Shown one piece after another: positions 40,576 through 51,272 of a stretch of DNA of 64,000 nucleotides. The stretch comes from an uncultured delta proteobacterium (lineage in GTDB: Bacteria; Myxococcota; Myxococcia; Myxococcales; 40CM-4-68-19): positions 186,001 through 250,000 of the forward strand of contig CAIWCD010000013.1 in the NCBI GenBank assembly GCA_903911145.1, given 5' to 3'. A model generated the notes under the pieces. The model did no database searches, was not told where the DNA came from, and worked only from the letters and a program-made list of their open reading frames with translations. The translations under genes were made by a program, and so were the position numbers. Positions within the stretch are counted from its first letter, which is position 1. Each line of letters opens with the position of its first letter.

Positions 40576-41499
40576 ATGCGAACTCCGATGGCTGCGCTGG
40601 CTGGCGCTGTTCTCGCTCTCTCGCTGGCGGCGTGCAGTGGCGCCGAGACCGACGCGGACGACGCATCGCTCGAGACAGCGCCGCTGGCTGCGAGCCCGGC
40701 GCGTCGCAACTTCTTCACGCTCACCAATGCGCCGTTTGCGGACACGAGGCATGCGACCGCTCTCGTCTACCTCCCTCGTGGATTCAATCCCGCAGGCCCG
40801 CTCAATCTGGTCGTGCATTTCCACGGCTGGGCGAACTGCATCGAGAACGACGGAGAGGCAACTGGCACCGCCTGCACGCCAGGCGGGCCAGTGCGCACGC
40901 CGCACAACTACATCGCGCAACTCGACGCGAGCGGTGCCAATGCCGCGCTGGTCCTGATCGAGCGCGCGTATGACCAGTCATCGTCTGCTGATGGCAAGCT
41001 CTCGCAGAGCGGATTCTTCCGCGCGATGATCGACGAACTTCTCCCGCACATCGGAGCGCTCGCGGGCCGCACCTACGCCGAATCAGACGTCGGCGAAATC
41101 GCGCTCTCGAGCCACTCGGGCGGATATCTCGCCGTCGCCGACGCGCTCTCCGCGGGCGGGCTGACCAACAAGATCCACACCGTGATGCTCTTTGATTCGC
41201 TCTACGGAAACCTCGCGCAGTACGAGGCGTGGCTGCGGCCGAACCTCGGCAAGATCCGCTTCTCGCTCGTCTACACCGACGGCGGCGGCACGCTCGCGAA
41301 CAGCCAGGCGCTCGCCGCGCTGGTCAAGCAGTGGCTCGCCGCTGCGCACCTGCCGGCATCCACGCTCATCGACGACCGCACCACCTCGACGTTCACCGAC
41401 GCTCAGTTTGCGACGCCGATCATCTTCAAGCACAGCGCGCTCGCGCACGATGCGACGGCCTCGTACTACTTCTCGCGCTTCGTGCGCCACGCGTTCTGA
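40576..41499 (+). CDS. Lipoprotein with alpha/beta-hydrolase-like fold
   Basis: Lipobox LAAC, VVHFHGW, SSHSGGY nucleophile elbow, LFDSLYG, C-terminal His (AHD). Confidence 0.75.
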   Translation: MRTPMAALAGAVLALSLAACSGAETDADDASLETAPLAASPARRNFFTLTNAPFADTRHATALVYLPRGFNPAGPLNLVVHFHGWANCIENDGEATGTACTPGGPVRTPHNYIAQLDASGANAALVLIERAYDQSSSADGKLSQSGFFRAMIDELLPHIGALAGRTYAESDVGEIALSSHSGGYLAVADALSAGGLTNKIHTVMLFDSLYGNLAQYEAWLRPNLGKIRFSLVYTDGGGTLANSQALAALVKQWLAAAHLPASTLIDDRTTSTFTDAQFATPIIFKHSALAHDATASYYFSRFVRHAF

Positions 41500-41554
41500 G
41501 CGCTCGTCTGCAACTTCGAATTCGCCGACTCCACTCACCAACCTCGAGGCTCCG

Positions 41555-41842
41555 ATGAACCGTTTCGCCGCTGTTGTTGTGCTGGGCTGCTGTGTCGCGT
41601 GCGGCGGCATGATGGCGAATCTCAAAACCGAGCGCCAAGCCGACCTCCGCCAGCGCGCATCGTTCGATCTCGGATGTACGGCAGACAAGCTCGAGATCAC
41701 TCCGCTCGACGATGCGGCCCGCTCGCACGGTGGCGGCACTACGGGCGTGCGCGGCTGCGACAAGCAAGCAACATACGTCTGGGACGCCTACGGCACCGGA
41801 TGGATCATGAACAACGACGGCAAGGGCGCGCCGCACCGATAG
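41555..41842 (+). CDS. Small hypothetical lipoprotein
   Basis: SD GAGG, MNRFAAVVVLGCCVAC signal, 'RASFDLGC...GVRGCDKQATYV...WIMN'. Confidence 0.75.
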   Translation: MNRFAAVVVLGCCVACGGMMANLKTERQADLRQRASFDLGCTADKLEITPLDDAARSHGGGTTGVRGCDKQATYVWDAYGTGWIMNNDGKGAPHR

Positions 41843-41905
41843 GCCTCATTCAGCGACAGCCACGAAGGTCTCTGCGCCCCCACTCGATCCACTTCGCGGA
41901 GACAT

Positions 41906-42009
41906 AGGCCGGCGGGAGCCCGGTCTCCTGTTACGCGCGCAGCCGCGCAGGTACCCAATTTGGGTACCGAGCAGCGAGCACGGAAAAATGGATCGAGTGT
42001 GCTGACCGG
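41906..42009 (-). repeat. Palindromic intergenic element, copy B
   Basis: Shares the exact 20-mer TTTTCCGTGCTCGCTGCTCG (41987-41968 versus 40011-40030) and the right arm with copy A; central hairpin GGTACCCAA-N-TTGGGTACC (41950-41968). Confidence 0.85.
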
Positions 42010-42019
42010 ATCTTCGCCG

Positions 42020-42442
42020 CTACTTCTTCCACAACAGCATGATCGCGCACATCGCCACCGTGGCGAGAATGACCAACCAGACCATCGGGTCGCGTGAGAT
42101 CCGCTGCGGCAGCCGCCAGAGAAGTTCGAGGGGACGCAGCGCACGGTCGATCGAATCGGGCGGTCGCGGCGGCGGAGGCAGCGTGCGCGGAGGCAATCCC
42201 GAGAGCCACTCTTCGTAACGAAGCGATACCTCCTCGGGATCGAGGCCGATCGCGAGAGCCACCGCGCGCACGTACTGCAGCGCATACGAGCGATCGCCGA
42301 GAGGGGACGTGTCGTCCTCCTCGAGCGCCTCGACCACGCGCACGGGCAGCCGCGTCTCGCGCACCACTTCGTCGAGCGTGAGCGCCCGCAGTTCGCGGCT
42401 GCGCTTGAGCCACGCACCGAAGCTCTGCGCGCTGTCGATCAC
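42020..42442 (-). CDS. RodZ-like HTH protein with C-terminal TM helix
   Basis: FGAWLKRSRELRALTLDEV...VEALEE...YVRAVALAIGLDPEE, then a TM helix; no periplasmic domain. Confidence 0.85.
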   Translation of the reverse strand: MIDSAQSFGAWLKRSRELRALTLDEVVRETRLPVRVVEALEEDDTSPLGDRSYALQYVRAVALAIGLDPEEVSLRYEEWLSGLPPRTLPPPPRPPDSIDRALRPLELLWRLPQRISRDPMVWLVILATVAMCAIMLLWKK

Positions 42443-42454
42443 GCGAGACTCCTC

Positions 42455-42489
42455 GAAGCGGCCCCGGAAGAATGATTGGTGTTCAAAGC
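42455..42489 (-). repeat. Truncated left-arm copy of the palindromic element family
   Basis: Reverse strand GCTTTGAACACCAATCATTCTTCCGGGGCCGCT; its first 19 nt match the phoH palindrome exactly, and the rest resembles copy A (CCGATCATCTTTTCCGTGCTCGCT). Confidence 0.6.
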
Positions 42490-42497
42490 ATCTCGCA

Positions 42498-43694
42498 CTA
42501 CGGGGATCCCATGCCGCGCAGGAGCTTCTTGCACTCGCCGGCAGTATTCAGATCCTTCTCCTTGCCGAGCTCGACACAGCGATTGAGCGCAGTGCGGGCC
42601 TCGGCAGCCTGTCCTCGGCGCGCAAAGATCGACGCCTGCTGCAGCTGCGCGTCGGCCGCCTCGGGGCAGGCATCGGCGTAGCGCGAGTAGGAATCGATCG
42701 CGTCATCGAGCGCGCCCTTCTCCGCGAAGATCGCGCCGAGTTGCCGCCAGCCCTTGCAATACTTCGGCGCGACGAGCAGCGCGGCCCGGAGTTGCGCGAT
42801 GGCGCGATCGGTCGCGCCGGTCTTGTAGAGCGCCCACGCGAGATTGCACTCCGCCGACGTGCGCTGCCCATAGAGCGGGTTGTTGATCGCCTTCTGGAAA
42901 TGCGGGATCGCGTCGGTGAAGCGGCCGCGCGAGAGCAGAAACGCGCCGTAGTTCGTCTCGGCCTCGGAGAAATCATCCTTCAGCTCGAGCGCCTGCTTGA
43001 ACTCCGCCTCCGCCTCGGGAAATCGCCCGAGCGAGAATCCGTAGACGAGGCCGAGCGCGTTGTGGATCTGCGGCATCTCGGGGTTCTCCTTCGCTGCCTG
43101 GAGATACTCCGCGAGCGCCCCCTGCGCGTCGCCCTGGTTCATCTGATTTGTGCCGAGGTCGTAGTGGATCTCGGCCGCCTTCTCGCGCTGCTCTGCGGTC
43201 GGACCGCTGCAGCCCGCCAGCAGCACGCACGCGAAGACCGCGAACGCCGCGAAGAGCCGCGCCACCTGCGTGAGCGGATCGGTCGCGAGCTTGCGATCGA
43301 CCGCCTTGAGCTTCTCTTTCGCGGACGGCGCACGAAACGCGGAGAGCCGCGCTGCGAGCTGTCCGCGCGCTTTGTTGTCCATCTGCGGCCAGCCGGTGCC
43401 GTCGAGGATGAAGCCCATACTTTCGGCGAAATGCATCGCCTCGTCGATCGCAGCCGCCAGCGCCCCCTTCGCGACCGACTCCGATGCGTAGATGACGTTC
43501 TCCTGGGCTTCAATCAGCGTCAGCACGACGAGAACACGATGCCCGCCCGATTCGTCGACGGCCACGACCGCTGCCTGCGCGGCCTGCGCTGCGCGGCCCG
43601 TGGGTTGAACGAGCGGCTGGTTGGTCGACTCGAAGAGATCGATGACCGACGAAACCGCAGCGATGTGCGTGCGCGACGGATCCTCAAGCAGCAT
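42498..43694 (-). CDS. tgl: Tgl/PilF-type TPR pilotin lipoprotein with a fused ~143-aa N-terminal domain
   Basis: Internal lipobox LLAGC (Cys162), then AEIHYDLG, HNALGLVY, SEAETNYG, INNPLY, NLAWALY and paired cysteines; upstream of a RodZ-like gene, as pilF/tgl usually is. Confidence 0.8.
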   Translation of the reverse strand: MLLEDPSRTHIAAVSSVIDLFESTNQPLVQPTGRAAQAAQAAVVAVDESGGHRVLVVLTLIEAQENVIYASESVAKGALAAAIDEAMHFAESMGFILDGTGWPQMDNKARGQLAARLSAFRAPSAKEKLKAVDRKLATDPLTQVARLFAAFAVFACVLLAGCSGPTAEQREKAAEIHYDLGTNQMNQGDAQGALAEYLQAAKENPEMPQIHNALGLVYGFSLGRFPEAEAEFKQALELKDDFSEAETNYGAFLLSRGRFTDAIPHFQKAINNPLYGQRTSAECNLAWALYKTGATDRAIAQLRAALLVAPKYCKGWRQLGAIFAEKGALDDAIDSYSRYADACPEAADAQLQQASIFARRGQAAEARTALNRCVELGKEKDLNTAGECKKLLRGMGSP

Positions 43695-43756
43695 CTGCTT
43701 CTCTTTCGCAATCTTGAGTGCGCGAGAGGAGTCTCGCAGCAGCGAATGAGCGGACT

Positions 43757-44308
43757 TCAGCGAGCCTGGATGGTGAACTCTTCGTTCACGTTTTCCGTCT
43801 CGGCCGCAGTGCGCTTGTAATCGAGCATCGGCGCATCGATCATCACGTTGCCACCGCCCGTCTGCCCTTCGCCGACGATCACCTTCAGATATGCGGCCGC
43901 AGACGTGGAGCGGCGCCCGCCCTCGACGTGCTTGGTCGCGGCGATGAGCACCTTGTTCGGCCCCGGCGTGAGCAGCTTGGAGATGTCGACGACGATCTGA
44001 TCGTCAGTGGACTTCACCTTCCGCACCCACTTCGAGTTGATGAAGATGTCGACATCGTACTGGGCGAGCGCGGCGTCCTTCTGCTCTGTCACCAGCCAGT
44101 ACTGCTTCGAAACCGCACCCGGAGCCGCAGCGGCAGGCGGCTGGCCGGTCGGCGACTCGACCTGGTAGCCCGGGCAGTCGAGATAGACATCGCCGCGATC
44201 GTCGATCTTCACCGCGCGGCACTTCTCGAATGACTGGCCGCGAACGCCGTCAATGTTGACGCCATTGAGGAAGAGAGTCGCAAGCACGGGGATGAGGCGC
44301 AGGATCAT
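43757..44308 (-). CDS. Hypothetical exported beta-rich protein
   Basis: SD GGAG, N-terminal hydrophobic segment, 'VFLNGVNIDG'-like start, YDVDIFINSKWVR; co-oriented upstream of tgl. Confidence 0.75.
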   Translation of the reverse strand: MILRLIPVLATLFLNGVNIDGVRGQSFEKCRAVKIDDRGDVYLDCPGYQVESPTGQPPAAAAPGAVSKQYWLVTEQKDAALAQYDVDIFINSKWVRKVKSTDDQIVVDISKLLTPGPNKVLIAATKHVEGGRRSTSAAAYLKVIVGEGQTGGGNVMIDAPMLDYKRTAAETENVNEEFTIQAR

Positions 44309-44391
44309 TTTGGGTCACTCCGAGGGGCGGAGCCTCGTCGCAAAAGTGAGGCAGGTCAAGATTCCAGTTCAGGCGGACAGCTGTACACGCG

Positions 44392-45555
44392 CTAGTCGAC
44401 CTTGCGATCGATGATCGTCGTGATGCCCATTCCGTAGCCGATGCAGAGCGTGATGAGCGCGCGCCGCTCGCCGCGACGTTCGAGTTCGTGCAGCGCTGTA
44501 GCGAGCAGCATCGCGCCCGTAGCGCCGAGCGGATGCCCGAGCGCGATCGCGCCGCCGTTGACGTTGATCTTCTCCATCGGGATGCCCAGCTCCTGCGCGA
44601 CCAGCAGCGGCACCGGCGCGAAGGCCTCGTTGATCTCGAAGAGATCGATGTCGGCGATCGAGAGATCGGCCTGCGCGAGCGCCTTCTTCGTCGAGGGAAT
44701 CGGACCGGTGAGCATCAGCACCGGATCGCTTCCCGCCACCGCCATCGAGACGATGCGGGCGCGCGCCTTCAGGCCGAGCGCACGCGCGCGCGACTTGTTC
44801 GCGATGACAACCGCGGACGCGCCATCGACGATGCCCGAGCTGTTGCCCGCGTGGAGCACCCCATCGTCCTTGAACGAGGGCTTCAGCTTCGCGAGCGAGT
44901 CGGCTGTCGTCCCGGCGCGAGGATGCTCGTCGTTCGCGAACGACCGCGGCTCTCCGCCCTCCTGCGGCACGAGAATCGGAATGATCTCCTTCGCGAATCG
45001 CCCCTCGGAGATCGCGAACGCGGCCTTGTCCTGGCTCTGCGCGGCGAACTCGTCGCACTGCCTGCGCGTGAATCCCCACTTGCTCGCGATCATCTCCGCC
45101 GAAATCCCCTGCGGAACGAGGTCGGGCCAGTGCTGCATCAGGCCCGGAGAAGCAGGCCCATCGCCGCCGAGCGCGTCGGAGCCCATCGGCATGCGCGTCA
45201 TGTGCTCGACGCCGCCGCCGATCACCAACTGCGCCGCGCCGCTCATCACCGCCTGCGCGCCGAAGTTCACCGCCTGCAGACCCGAGCCGCAGAAGCGATT
45301 CACCGTCGCACCCGGGATCTCGAGCGGCAGGCCCGCCGCGAGCACGGCGCCGCGCGCGATGTTCAAGCCCTGCTCGCCCACCTGCGTGACGCAGCCGAGA
45401 ATGACGTCGTCGACATCCTTCGCGTTCACGCCGGCACGCGCGAGCGCCGCGGCGAGAGTCTGCGCGGCGAGGTCGACAGGGTGAAGCGGAGAGAGAGAAC
45501 CCTTGCGCTTGCCGCGAGCCGTGCGCACCGCATCGACGATGACCGCTTCAATCAT
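44392..45555 (-). CDS. Acetyl-CoA C-acyltransferase (thiolase)
   Basis: IVDAVRT, NRFCGSG, NEAFA, NGGAIALGHPLGATG and LCIGYGMG motifs; SD GAGGAG before ATG 45555. Confidence 0.95.
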   Translation of the reverse strand: MIEAVIVDAVRTARGKRKGSLSPLHPVDLAAQTLAAALARAGVNAKDVDDVILGCVTQVGEQGLNIARGAVLAAGLPLEIPGATVNRFCGSGLQAVNFGAQAVMSGAAQLVIGGGVEHMTRMPMGSDALGGDGPASPGLMQHWPDLVPQGISAEMIASKWGFTRRQCDEFAAQSQDKAAFAISEGRFAKEIIPILVPQEGGEPRSFANDEHPRAGTTADSLAKLKPSFKDDGVLHAGNSSGIVDGASAVVIANKSRARALGLKARARIVSMAVAGSDPVLMLTGPIPSTKKALAQADLSIADIDLFEINEAFAPVPLLVAQELGIPMEKINVNGGAIALGHPLGATGAMLLATALHELERRGERRALITLCIGYGMGITTIIDRKVD

Positions 45556-45747
45556 TGGACTCTCCTCGTTGCCACGTGTGAGCGACCGGGCCTGCTCTTC
45601 CCGTTCGCGATCCCGCTCTGCTTCATTGTTGGTGATGCGCGGCCGCTCGCGTGGGACGCCGCGCCCGCCGGTGAACGAGATGCCGATGCCCTCGACGATT
45701 CCACTTCCCTGCCAGGTTCGCTTCGGCACGTCTCGCCCTGCTCTCGT

Positions 45748-47216
<1,469 letters not shown>

Positions 47217-47248
47217 TTCTTCACGTCGTCGCAGCGCGCGCTCTTGTT

Positions 47249-48109
47249 TCAGGCAAGGGAAAGAAGCCTGCGGGCCGTCTCGACGTTCGCCGGTTCTCTG
47301 CCGATGTCGCGGGCCATGCGAGCGACTTTGGCGACGAGATCGCCGTTGCTCTTGGCCATCTCCTTGCCGCTGGTGTCGAGATAGAAGTTGTCCTCGAGGC
47401 CGACGCGGACGTTGCCGCCGAGTGCGAGCGATGCGCCGGCCATGCGCCAGCCTTCGTGCGAGACGCCGAACGCCTTCCAGGTGCAACCGGGAGCGACCGC
47501 CTGGGCCTCGCGGGCCATCGTGACGAGATTCTCGGTCGTCGCCCGCACACCTCCCAGGACGCCCATGACGAAGGAGAAATCGAGCGGGGCCTTGAGCAGG
47601 CCGAGGTCGAGCAGCGGCGTGACGGAAGTGACGTGGCCGACGTCGAACGTCTCGAGTTCCGGCTTGACGTTGGCCTCGTTCATTACTTGCAGAAGATAAC
47701 TAATATCACTGAACGGATTCTCGAAGACGAACTCGAAGACGAACGCTTTGCGCTTCTCGCTGTACTTCGCGTAGTTCATCGAGCCCATGTTGAGCGCGCC
47801 GATGGGCGGCTTGACGTCGCGGATGTGCGCGACGCGGTTCTCCATCGCGCCGGCGCCGCCCGTCGAGAAGTTGATGATCACCGGGCAGCGCGCTTCGATC
47901 TCCTTGCGGATCGCGGCGTAGATCGCGGGCTCGAACGTCGGCCCGCCGTCGTCTGTGCGCGCGTGGATGTGCACGACGGCAGCGCCCGCTTCATAGGCCC
48001 GGCGCGCCTCCTCGGCGATCTCGGCGGGCGTGTAGGGGACCCAGGGGCACTGCGCGCGGGTGGCGAGGACGCCGGTGAGTGCGCACGTGATGATGACGGG
48101 ATCGGACAT
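47249..48109 (-). CDS. Beta-keto acid cleavage enzyme (Kce/DUF849 family)
   Basis: IITCALTG, PYTPAEIAEEA, AGAAVVHIHAR, FSTG, LNMGSMN, KPELE and VRVGLEDN motifs. Confidence 0.93.
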   Translation of the reverse strand: MSDPVIITCALTGVLATRAQCPWVPYTPAEIAEEARRAYEAGAAVVHIHARTDDGGPTFEPAIYAAIRKEIEARCPVIINFSTGGAGAMENRVAHIRDVKPPIGALNMGSMNYAKYSEKRKAFVFEFVFENPFSDISYLLQVMNEANVKPELETFDVGHVTSVTPLLDLGLLKAPLDFSFVMGVLGGVRATTENLVTMAREAQAVAPGCTWKAFGVSHEGWRMAGASLALGGNVRVGLEDNFYLDTSGKEMAKSNGDLVAKVARMARDIGREPANVETARRLLSLA

Positions 48110-48157
48110 GGGGCTCTCTGGGGTGTTGGGCTTTGGGCTTTGGGAGAAAAACAAGAG

Positions 48158-48964
48158 CTAACGGCCGGTGAAACTCGCGGGGCGCTTCTCGAGGAATGCG
48201 GAGAGGCCCTCCATCGCATCCTCGGCAAGCGCGTTGATCGACAGTTGCGAGGCGAGCGATTCGAGCGCGGCTTCGTAGGGCATCGATTCGGCGAGGCGAA
48301 ACGCGCGGCGGCCGAGGCGCAGCGTGATTGGACTCTTCGCGCAGAGCAGATCGAGCAGCGTCTGCGTCTGGGCAGCGAGCTCTACGCGTGGCACTGCTCG
48401 CGTAATGAGACCGAGGCTCTGCGCCTCGCCGGCGCTCACTTTGCGGCCCGTCAGAGTGAGATCGAGTGCTGCCCGACGACCGACGCAGCGAAGAATCGGC
48501 GCGAGCGCCATGTACGGGAAGATCCCGACGTCGACCTCGGGCGTGCCGAACTTCGCGTCATCAGCGGCGATGGCGAAGTCGCAAGCGCAGACGAGGCCGA
48601 GCCCTCCGGCCAGCGCGATTCCGTTGACCTGCGCGACGAGTGGCTTGCCCAGCTTGTCGATCTCACCGAGCAGAAGCGCATAGGCGCGCCTCGCCTCGTG
48701 CGCAGCGAGCAGACCCGCCTCGCCCGCAGCCGCCGCTGAGCCAAGATCGGCTCCCGCGCAGAAGGCCTTCTCGCCCGCGCCGGTCAACAGGATCACGCGC
48801 ACTGCCGGATCGGCATCGGCGCGCTGGAGCGCAGCCCGCAAGAGCGCGATGAGCTCGGGCGAGAGCGCGTTGCGCGATGAGGGGCGGTTGAGCGCCAGCG
48901 CACGAACGGCGCCGCGCGACTCTTCGAGGAGAACTGCGGGGATCGTCTCGGTGGCGTCGGACAC
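48158..48964 (-). CDS. Enoyl-CoA hydratase/isomerase family protein
   Basis: LNRPSSRNAL, AFCAGADL, NGIALAGGLGL, FGTPEV, EGLSAFLEKRP. Confidence 0.93.
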   Translation of the reverse strand: MSDATETIPAVLLEESRGAVRALALNRPSSRNALSPELIALLRAALQRADADPAVRVILLTGAGEKAFCAGADLGSAAAAGEAGLLAAHEARRAYALLLGEIDKLGKPLVAQVNGIALAGGLGLVCACDFAIAADDAKFGTPEVDVGIFPYMALAPILRCVGRRAALDLTLTGRKVSAGEAQSLGLITRAVPRVELAAQTQTLLDLLCAKSPITLRLGRRAFRLAESMPYEAALESLASQLSINALAEDAMEGLSAFLEKRPASFTGR

Positions 48965-49055
48965 GGCGCGGGAGAGTGGCCGCGCGCGCGCTGGGCGTCA
49001 AGCAAACCGTTCTGCCATGACCGCAAGTGCCGTCGCTGCTATTGAACGTGGCTCG

Positions 49056-51257
49056 ATGGACGCACGCACGCAGAGCGCACTCCTCGCCGCTGTCGTCTCG
49101 TTCGCGCTGGCGATCGCGATGCTGCTGCGCCAGGGCCGCACGCGCCTCTGGACTGCATTCGCGCTGCTCAACTTCTCGATCCTCGCCTACGAACTCGGCG
49201 AGTTTCTCCACGGCATCCTGCATGCCGATGGATGGCAGCGGATCACGCTCGGCGCGGCCGGTGTTGTGCCCTCGGCGCTGCTCGCGTTCCTCTTCGAATT
49301 TCAGGGAGAGACCAGCCGCCGAGGCGCGCTGCTCAAACGCCTCGCCTTCGCGACGTCCGCCCTCACGCTGGGCCTCGCCGTCTCGCCGTTCGCTCTCATC
49401 CCGGCCGCGCAGGTCACTGTCGCGAGCGCGGTCTTCGTCCAGCTCACCGCCTCGGTCTCCCTGCTCTACGCGCGCATGCGCCGCGCGCAGAGCCGCACTG
49501 AGCGCGCGCGCCTCTTCTACCTCTGGGTCGGCGCCGCGCTGTGCGTGGGCCTGACGTTCGGCGAGCTGCTCATCAAGATGGCCGGCTGGCCGCCGCCGCC
49601 ATTCGCCAATGTCGCGCTCACCGTCTATCTCTACTTCCTCTCGCAGACGATCCAGCGACACCGCCTGCTCGATCTCAACGAGCTGCTCGGAAAGATCGTG
49701 GTGCTCGCGAGCGTGGGACTTGTGCTCGCAGCGATCTATGGACTGCTCGTGCGATGGACCGGTGGTGCCTCGACGGGACTGTTCCTCTTCAACACGCTCG
49801 TCGCCTCATTCGTGATCCTCATTCTCTTCGAGCCGCTCAAGGCCAAGGTCGAGGAGCGTGTACTCGCTCTCTTCTTCGCCGAGCGGCACCAACTGGTGAT
49901 GGCGCTGCACGCCCTGCGCGCGAAGGCTGCTGCGGTGGTCGACGTGCGGCAGCTCGCGCAGGTCGTGCTCGACGGGCTCTACGAAACCCGGCGCGTGACG
50001 CACGCGTCGCTCTACCTGCTCGCCGATGACGGTCTCGGCTACAAGCGGCTCGATCACCGTGGCCCGGCCCCTGCTCCGTACATCGATCTCGCGACGCTCG
50101 GTGCGCTCGTGCAGAGCGCGCTCGCGGGGCAGAAGGCGCTGCTGGTGGAGCTGATTGAGCGACGCCTCGGAGAGCTGCGGCTGTTACTTCCCGACGAGGT
50201 GCAGTCGCGCCCGCCCGAAGAAGCGAACGCCAACGATCGCCCGCCGGATGCGAATCAGAACTCGGCGCTGGCCGAGGAGCGTGCGCGCCTTTCAGAGATC
50301 GGTGCAGCCATGGCAGCGATGCGCGCAGGCGTCGCGATCCCGCTGATGGCCGGCCAGCGAGTGGTGGGCTTCCTCTGCCTGCTCGACGATCGCGTCGCCG
50401 AGGCCTTCGCTTCGGACGAACTCGCCGCGATGCTCGAGGTCGCCGATCAGGCCGCGCTCACCATTGAGAACAGCCGCCTCTACGAGCGCATGAAGGAGCG
50501 CGATCGCCTCGCCGCACTCGGCGAAATGGCAGCGGGCCTTGCGCACGAGATCCGAAATCCTCTCGGCGCGATCAAAGGCGCCGCGCAGTATCTCGATCCC
50601 AAACAGTTGCCGCCCGGAGACAGCGAGATCCTCGGCATCATCGTCGAAGAGGTGAACCGGCTCGACAGCGTCGTCGCGCAGTTCCTCGACTACTCGCGCC
50701 CGTTCCCCAGCGTCGGCACCAGCGACCGCTTCACACCGACCGATCTCAACGACGTCATCGGGCGCACACTCAAGCTGCTCGAGCCGACGCTGCCCGTCGG
50801 CGTGAAGATCGTGAGCGAGCTCGGTCCGCAGCTCCCGCCCATCCTGGGCGACGCGGAGCAACTCAAGCAGGTCTTCATCAACCTCGCGCTCAACGCCGTG
50901 CAGGCGATGCCCGACGGCGGCACGCTGACGGTGCGGACGCGCAGGCCTGTGCAGCCGCTCGAGATGGCCCTCTCCGATGCGCTTCCGCGCTACGCGGCCG
51001 ATCTTGTCGAGGTCCGCTTCTCCGACACGGGCGCGGGAATCCCCGAGGAGGCGAAGGACCGGATCTTCATCCCGTTCTACACGACGAAGACGAAGGGCAC
51101 GGGCCTCGGACTCGCCATCACCCAGCGGATCGTCAAGGGACACGGCGGAACGATCGAAGTGCAGAGCCGCATCGGCGAGGGCACTGAGTTCGTCCTGCGC
51201 TTCCCAAGCGCGAGCGCACTTGACACCGCGGGCAAATTGGGGTTGGCGCAGAACTGA
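49056..51257 (+). CDS. Membrane sensor histidine kinase (multi-TM, GAF, HisKA, HATPase)
   Basis: About 8 TM helices, GAF region, LAHEIRNPLG, QVFINLALNA, DTGAGI, FYTTK, GTGLGL. Confidence 0.93.
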   Translation: MDARTQSALLAAVVSFALAIAMLLRQGRTRLWTAFALLNFSILAYELGEFLHGILHADGWQRITLGAAGVVPSALLAFLFEFQGETSRRGALLKRLAFATSALTLGLAVSPFALIPAAQVTVASAVFVQLTASVSLLYARMRRAQSRTERARLFYLWVGAALCVGLTFGELLIKMAGWPPPPFANVALTVYLYFLSQTIQRHRLLDLNELLGKIVVLASVGLVLAAIYGLLVRWTGGASTGLFLFNTLVASFVILILFEPLKAKVEERVLALFFAERHQLVMALHALRAKAAAVVDVRQLAQVVLDGLYETRRVTHASLYLLADDGLGYKRLDHRGPAPAPYIDLATLGALVQSALAGQKALLVELIERRLGELRLLLPDEVQSRPPEEANANDRPPDANQNSALAEERARLSEIGAAMAAMRAGVAIPLMAGQRVVGFLCLLDDRVAEAFASDELAAMLEVADQAALTIENSRLYERMKERDRLAALGEMAAGLAHEIRNPLGAIKGAAQYLDPKQLPPGDSEILGIIVEEVNRLDSVVAQFLDYSRPFPSVGTSDRFTPTDLNDVIGRTLKLLEPTLPVGVKIVSELGPQLPPILGDAEQLKQVFINLALNAVQAMPDGGTLTVRTRRPVQPLEMALSDALPRYAADLVEVRFSDTGAGIPEEAKDRIFIPFYTTKTKGTGLGLAITQRIVKGHGGTIEVQSRIGEGTEFVLRFPSASALDTAGKLGLAQN

Positions 51258-51272
51258 CGCGCAAGAGGCTTT

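Noticed and set aside
41843..42019. Possible tRNA or SRP RNA
   Set aside because: No cloverleaf, T-loop or SRP domain IV motif; better explained as repeat copy B.
45556..45729. 58-aa N-terminal extension of the thiolase
   Set aside because: A strong SD precedes ATG 45555 where thiolase homology begins; nothing supports the extension, though it cannot be excluded.
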